A DNA stretch of 64,000 bases from Dehalococcoidia bacterium (GTDB lineage: Bacteria > Chloroflexota > Dehalococcoidia > SM23-28-2 > RBG-16-64-32), in NCBI GenBank assembly GCA_963667205.1, contig OY762959.1:1342399-1406398 (forward strand), given 5' to 3'. Below the pieces are notes generated by a model. The model worked only from the letters and a program-made list of their open reading frames with translations. It was not told the DNA's origin and made no database searches. The translations under genes and the position numbers were made by a program. Shown here in pieces: positions 59,837-64,000 of this stretch (position 1 is the first letter of the stretch; each line of letters starts with the position of its first letter).

Positions 59837-61624
59837 CTAACTGGCGCTGCGCAAGCGATCGGTGGTCTTCCGGTCAACGGTCTCGTCTGGTTCCAGCGCC
59901 ACGCGGTAGACGTCCTGCGCCACCTGGGCGGAAACGTAGCCGTTCTTGACGTCCGACGCCACCTGTTGCTCGTCTCGGTCCTGGGGCGGACCGAACCCCC
60001 CGCCGCCGCCGGCCCTGATCACGATCCTGTCACCGGCGATGAGGGGGAGATTCGAGAACTTGGAGGGTGAGGTGACGCCGAACAGCTCCGGGAACGTGTA
60101 TTCCCGGCCACCCCTCTGCACGCGAAACTCGTTGCTCACGCCGGGCAGTCCATCCTCGATGCTCCACGACTGTGAGTCCCAGCGATCGGCGCAGGCGGTG
60201 AAGAACGTATCGCTCGTCACCTCCATGATCCTGACGTCGCCCAGGCCACCTCTCGTCCGTCCGGGCCCGCCTGAGTCCTGCCGCAGTTCTCGCTTGAGGA
60301 AGCGGATCGGAAACCGAGCTTCCCAGATCTCCATCGATTCGTTTCCGCACGAGACCACCGTGTGCCACTCCGCCGTCAGGCCATCTTTGTCCTTACGCGC
60401 CCCACAGCCGCCCGGGCCGAATATGTACCAAAGCGACTCAGTGCCGTCTTCGGCCATCGACCAGCCAGTGGAGTTGTGGCCGCTGCTATAGCTGCCGGCG
60501 ACGAGGCGATCGGGGATCACCTGCGCCCAGACCTTGAGCGTCGTATCGCAGACGCGGGCCACGGGATCGGCGGTTCCGAAGAAGACCGGGGCCGGATAGG
60601 TTGGGTTCACGATGGTGCCGGGCGGCGCACTCACTTCGATCAGGTCGAGGATGCCGGAGTTGAGCGGCATCTCCGGGTCGACCAACGCTTTGAGAGCCGT
60701 GAGGACTCCCGCCTTGGTCAGGGCGAAGGTGCAGTTGGCCGGACCCTGCGCCTGCTCGTCCGTGCCCTCGAAGTCGACGAGGATCTTGTCCGGAGTCTTG
60801 TCTATCGTGATCCTGATGTGGAAAGGGCCGCCGCCGAAGCCGTCGTCGTCCATCACGTCTTCCGCCTTGAACACGCCGTTGGGGAGCGAGTCCATGCGCT
60901 CCCGGAAGCGCTTCTTCGCGTAGTCGAGGCTGTGCTGGATCGCTTCGCGCACCTCGGCCAGCCCGTAGCGGTCGACCAGGTCGCTCATCCGGTCCGCTGC
61001 CGCCCGAGCCGATGCGATCTGCGCCTGTATGTCGCCCCAGATGAGCCGCGGCATGCGCACGTTCTTGAGGACGAACTCCCGGACCTCTCGGTTGACCTCG
61101 CCCTTGCGGTACAGGTGACAGACCGGGATGATCAGCCCCTCCTGGGCGACGTGCCTGGCCGAGCCGGACCAGCCGCCCGCAGCCATGCCGCCGACGTCCA
61201 TCCAGTGCCCGCGGTTGACGCTGAGGCCGATGAACTCACCCTTCGAGAACATCGGCGTGGCGACGACGACGTCTGCCTGGTGACAGGCGCCGCTGTAGGG
61301 ATCGTTGTGAAGGATGACGTCGCCCTCTTCAAGCTCGCCTTCCTGTTCGAGGATCGTATCGACGGCGTCGAAGAGGGAGCCGAAGTGAACCGGTATGCCG
61401 CCAGCCTGCGCGAAGAGCCGCCCGCGCTCGTCGAACAAAGCACAGGAGAAGTCCACCGCCTCGCTGAAGCACGTGGAATACGCCGCCCGCGTTGTGACGC
61501 TGATCATCTCGCGCACCGCCGAGAGCATGTAGTTGCGAATGATCTCGGTCGTAACCGCGTCGAATTCGGCCGACGCCTCGGCTTTAGTGGATTTCGATGG
61601 TGATGTTGCCATACTCGTCGACAC
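59837..61624 (-). CDS. Hydantoinase B / oxoprolinase B family protein (HyuB-like), tandem paralogue
   Basis: VTTEIIRNYMLSAVREMISVTTRAAYSTCFSEAVDF N-terminus. It overlaps the upstream hyuA-like gene. Confidence 0.9.
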   Translation of the reverse strand: MSTSMATSPSKSTKAEASAEFDAVTTEIIRNYMLSAVREMISVTTRAAYSTCFSEAVDFSCALFDERGRLFAQAGGIPVHFGSLFDAVDTILEQEGELEEGDVILHNDPYSGACHQADVVVATPMFSKGEFIGLSVNRGHWMDVGGMAAGGWSGSARHVAQEGLIIPVCHLYRKGEVNREVREFVLKNVRMPRLIWGDIQAQIASARAAADRMSDLVDRYGLAEVREAIQHSLDYAKKRFRERMDSLPNGVFKAEDVMDDDGFGGGPFHIRITIDKTPDKILVDFEGTDEQAQGPANCTFALTKAGVLTALKALVDPEMPLNSGILDLIEVSAPPGTIVNPTYPAPVFFGTADPVARVCDTTLKVWAQVIPDRLVAGSYSSGHNSTGWSMAEDGTESLWYIFGPGGCGARKDKDGLTAEWHTVVSCGNESMEIWEARFPIRFLKRELRQDSGGPGRTRGGLGDVRIMEVTSDTFFTACADRWDSQSWSIEDGLPGVSNEFRVQRGGREYTFPELFGVTSPSKFSNLPLIAGDRIVIRAGGGGGFGPPQDRDEQQVASDVKNGYVSAQVAQDVYRVALEPDETVDRKTTDRLRSAS

Positions 61625-63572
61625 TCGCCTCCGTGTCCGCCGGCATATACGTGGTGGTGTCCGGCTCCTCGATCAAAGCCGGGCCCTTGAGCGTAGCGCC
61701 AACGCCGAGGTCACCGCGATCGAAGACCTTCGCCTCGCCGAATGCGGTCTCCGCCGTGGCCTTCACGGGCGGGCTCTTCGATCCGGACACGTGAACGCTC
61801 ATCTCTCGCTCCGTTATCCGGCCGATCGCCACGACCTTGAGGTCAACGATCTCGGCCGGGTCGCCGAGCTGAGTTCCGTAGCGAGCCAGGTGAGCGTCCT
61901 CAAACTCCTTGTACAGCGCATCGCCGTCCAGGGAGTTCGTCAGCTCGATGGGAAGTTCGTGCGACTGGCCCAGGTAGCGCATGTAGGCGACACGGCGAGC
62001 TGTCACCTCCTCGACGACGTCCTCGCCGATGAGAGGAGCCTTCGCCGATTCCTCCAGCTCCTGGAAGTACTTCTCCAACTGCTTGCCATCGACCGCGGAC
62101 ACCTCCGCGAGGATAGTCCGGCTGGCCGTGTTGTGGAGGTCGGCGCTTAACAGCCCGAGGGCCGAGAAGACTGACGGGAAGACGGGAACGATGACGCTTG
62201 AGATGTCCATTTCGCGGGCTACCTCGACGGCATGCTGAGCGCCGCCGCCACCGAAGGCGACCATCGTAAACGCCCTCGGGTCCACACCCTTGAAGACAGT
62301 GATCTCGCGGATCGCCTGGGCCATGTTGGAGTTGACGATTCGATAGACCCCCTTGGCCGCGTCTTCGATGCTCAGCCCGAGCTGATCCGCTATCGGACTC
62401 ATCGCCTTCTCCGCCGCGGCCCGGTCAAGCGGTATCTCGCCCATCGCGAAGCGGTCCGGCCTAATCAGCCCGAGGAGGAGGTTGGCGTCGGTCACCGTCG
62501 GCAGTTCACCGCCGCGACCGTAGCAGGCCGGCCCGGGACTCGATCCCGCGCTCTTCGGCCCGACCTTGAGCGCTCCGCCGGGGTCGACTTCGGCGATGCT
62601 TCCGCCGCCGGCGCCTATCGAATGGATATCGACGGTGTGGGTGCGCACCGGAATGCCCCATTGGACGAACAGCTCGTCTTTTTCGTCCGCTTCGCCATTC
62701 TGGATCACGCAGACATCGAAGCTCGTGCCGCCCATATCGACCGTGATGAGGTCCTCGTTCCCGATCGTCGAGCCGAGGAGCTTCCCCCCGAGCACGCCTC
62801 CGACTGGGCCCGAGTAGACGAGGTTGACGGGCGCCTTCGCTGCCTGCTTGGCACCGACGACGCCGCCGCTGGACTGCATGAATTTGATCCCGTGACGCAC
62901 AGGGATATTCGCATCAAGGGTTGATCCGTAGCGCGTGAAACCGGGCATGGCGTAGGCGTTGACCACCGTCGTGCTCATGCGGGGGTACTCGCGGATTCTC
63001 GGGTCAATCTCGTACGACACTGAGAGATGAAGATCCGGCCAACGCTTCCGCGCGATCTCCGCGACACGCTGTTCGTGCTGAGGGTTCTTGTACGAGTTCA
63101 TCAGGCAGATCGCCAGCGCCTCTACCCCGTCGGCGACAAGCCCGGAGAGAACCTCCTCGATCTCCGCGTCGTCCGGTGGCTTGAGTACGTTGCCGTCGGC
63201 GTCGATGCGCTCGTCGATCTCACGCCGCAGGTGCCGCGGCACAAGCGGCGGTGTCTTCTCCCACTGGAGGTCGTAGGGGTTGGGCCGCAGCCCCGTCTGG
63301 ATCTCGAGCACATCCCGGAAGCCCTTCGTCGTCAGGAAGCCGACGGTGCCGCCGGAACGGGTGATGATGAGGTTCGTGATCAAGGTCGTTGCATGGAGGA
63401 AGAGGTCGATGTCGGCGGCCTCGATGCCAGCCTTTGAGAGCGCCGCCAGGAGGCCCTCCTCAGGACTGCTGGGAGTCGAAAGCGCCTTCGTCCGGCCCAG
63501 CTCCTTGGTCTCCTCATCGAACCATACGAGGTCCGTGAATGTCCCGCCGATGTCAACTGCGACTCGCTTCAT
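61584..63572 (-). CDS. Hydantoinase A / oxoprolinase A family protein (HyuA-like)
   Basis: MKRVAVDIGGTFTDLV N-terminus and HyuA-length protein. Confidence 0.9.
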   Translation of the reverse strand: MKRVAVDIGGTFTDLVWFDEETKELGRTKALSTPSSPEEGLLAALSKAGIEAADIDLFLHATTLITNLIITRSGGTVGFLTTKGFRDVLEIQTGLRPNPYDLQWEKTPPLVPRHLRREIDERIDADGNVLKPPDDAEIEEVLSGLVADGVEALAICLMNSYKNPQHEQRVAEIARKRWPDLHLSVSYEIDPRIREYPRMSTTVVNAYAMPGFTRYGSTLDANIPVRHGIKFMQSSGGVVGAKQAAKAPVNLVYSGPVGGVLGGKLLGSTIGNEDLITVDMGGTSFDVCVIQNGEADEKDELFVQWGIPVRTHTVDIHSIGAGGGSIAEVDPGGALKVGPKSAGSSPGPACYGRGGELPTVTDANLLLGLIRPDRFAMGEIPLDRAAAEKAMSPIADQLGLSIEDAAKGVYRIVNSNMAQAIREITVFKGVDPRAFTMVAFGGGGAQHAVEVAREMDISSVIVPVFPSVFSALGLLSADLHNTASRTILAEVSAVDGKQLEKYFQELEESAKAPLIGEDVVEEVTARRVAYMRYLGQSHELPIELTNSLDGDALYKEFEDAHLARYGTQLGDPAEIVDLKVVAIGRITEREMSVHVSGSKSPPVKATAETAFGEAKVFDRGDLGVGATLKGPALIEEPDTTTYMPADTEASVDEYGNITIEIH

Positions 63573-63899
63573 CTAAGGCCTGGGGTAGCGACTGATTTCC
63601 CGGTACAGACCGGCCTGGAAGTTCTGGATCTGCTCCGTGAACTCTGCCCAGCCCCTGACACGGGCGATCTCCGGTGTGTCGATCGCGTCGGGAGTCGTTA
63701 TCTCGTATAGCGTGATGTAGCGAGGCTCGCCATCGATGGCAACGAACCGCCGCGCGCCGAGATAGCCGGGGCATTTGCAGATCTCCGGCAGGTGCACGTT
63801 GTCGTACCACTCGTTAAAGGCGGCGTCGTGCTCGCTCGGTATATCCACGAGGACTGTTCGCAGGAACCCGCCTGTGTTCAAGTCACCTTCGGACTTCAT
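63573..63899 (-). CDS. Small hypothetical protein (108 aa) at the head of the hyuA-hyuB-hyuB cluster
   Basis: ORF directly upstream of hyuA. Contains a CKCPG motif. Function unknown. Confidence 0.45.
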   Translation of the reverse strand: MKSEGDLNTGGFLRTVLVDIPSEHDAAFNEWYDNVHLPEICKCPGYLGARRFVAIDGEPRYITLYEITTPDAIDTPEIARVRGWAEFTEQIQNFQAGLYREISRYPRP

Positions 63900-64000
63900 T
63901 TCGCCTCCTCAGTCAGCGCTGTGTAGAGATGCGGACGTCGATCCCTCAGAACAGGTAGCGCCAGCCGCTGGTCGAGAAGCAGATCTCCCGAGAGTTCGGC

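Overview
GC-rich bacterial chromosomal segment dominated by catabolic genes. It carries amidases, hydantoinase/oxoprolinase HyuA/HyuB paralogues, SCP-x-type thiolase plus DUF35 pairs, CoA-transferase family III, split B12-dependent acyl-CoA mutases, MmgE/PrpD paralogues, crotonase, acyl-CoA dehydrogenase, AtuA-like DUF1446/DUF4387 pairs, a GMC oxidoreductase, an LLM (F420/flavin) oxidoreductase and three ABC uptake systems. The paralogue-rich repertoire and F420/LLM content resemble marine Chloroflexota (SAR202-like) or Actinomycetota genomes; that taxonomic guess is inference only.

The most interesting signals, in order of weight:
- Two in-frame TGA codons sit inside otherwise continuous, conserved reading frames at Cys-type redox positions: a lipoprotein with a U-T-L-C motif (called DUF3179 from memory of that family's C-P-L-C-G-S-G motif) and a small U-G-S-C protein with GrdA-like motif spacing. 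Each is followed about 20 nt downstream by a hairpin whose apical loop contains CGUG, as expected for bacterial SECIS elements. Both are candidate selenoproteins.
- The UGSC gene sits beside thioredoxin reductase and an unknown 364-aa Cys-rich protein, a possible minimal Sec-dependent reductase module.
- A roughly 170-nt paralogous RNA-like element ending in a perfect tRNA T-arm/acceptor/CCA occurs in two copies, with a third partial copy; the flank-homology pattern looks like attL/attR halves around a 6-kb insert.
- A 67-nt poly-C tract with a single T lies in frame (polyproline) inside a membrane-protein ORF and fuses it to a downstream solute-binding protein ORF. This is either a slippage-prone contingency tract or an assembly artefact.
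- An unusual number of regulator and sensor genes are interrupted by frameshifts (CHASE histidine kinase, alpha/beta-hydrolase/adenylate cyclase, PAS-LuxR, Cache sensor), alongside several gene remnants (transposase, IclR, thiolase/LLM fragments).

No CRISPR array, rRNA or canonical tRNA gene is present.
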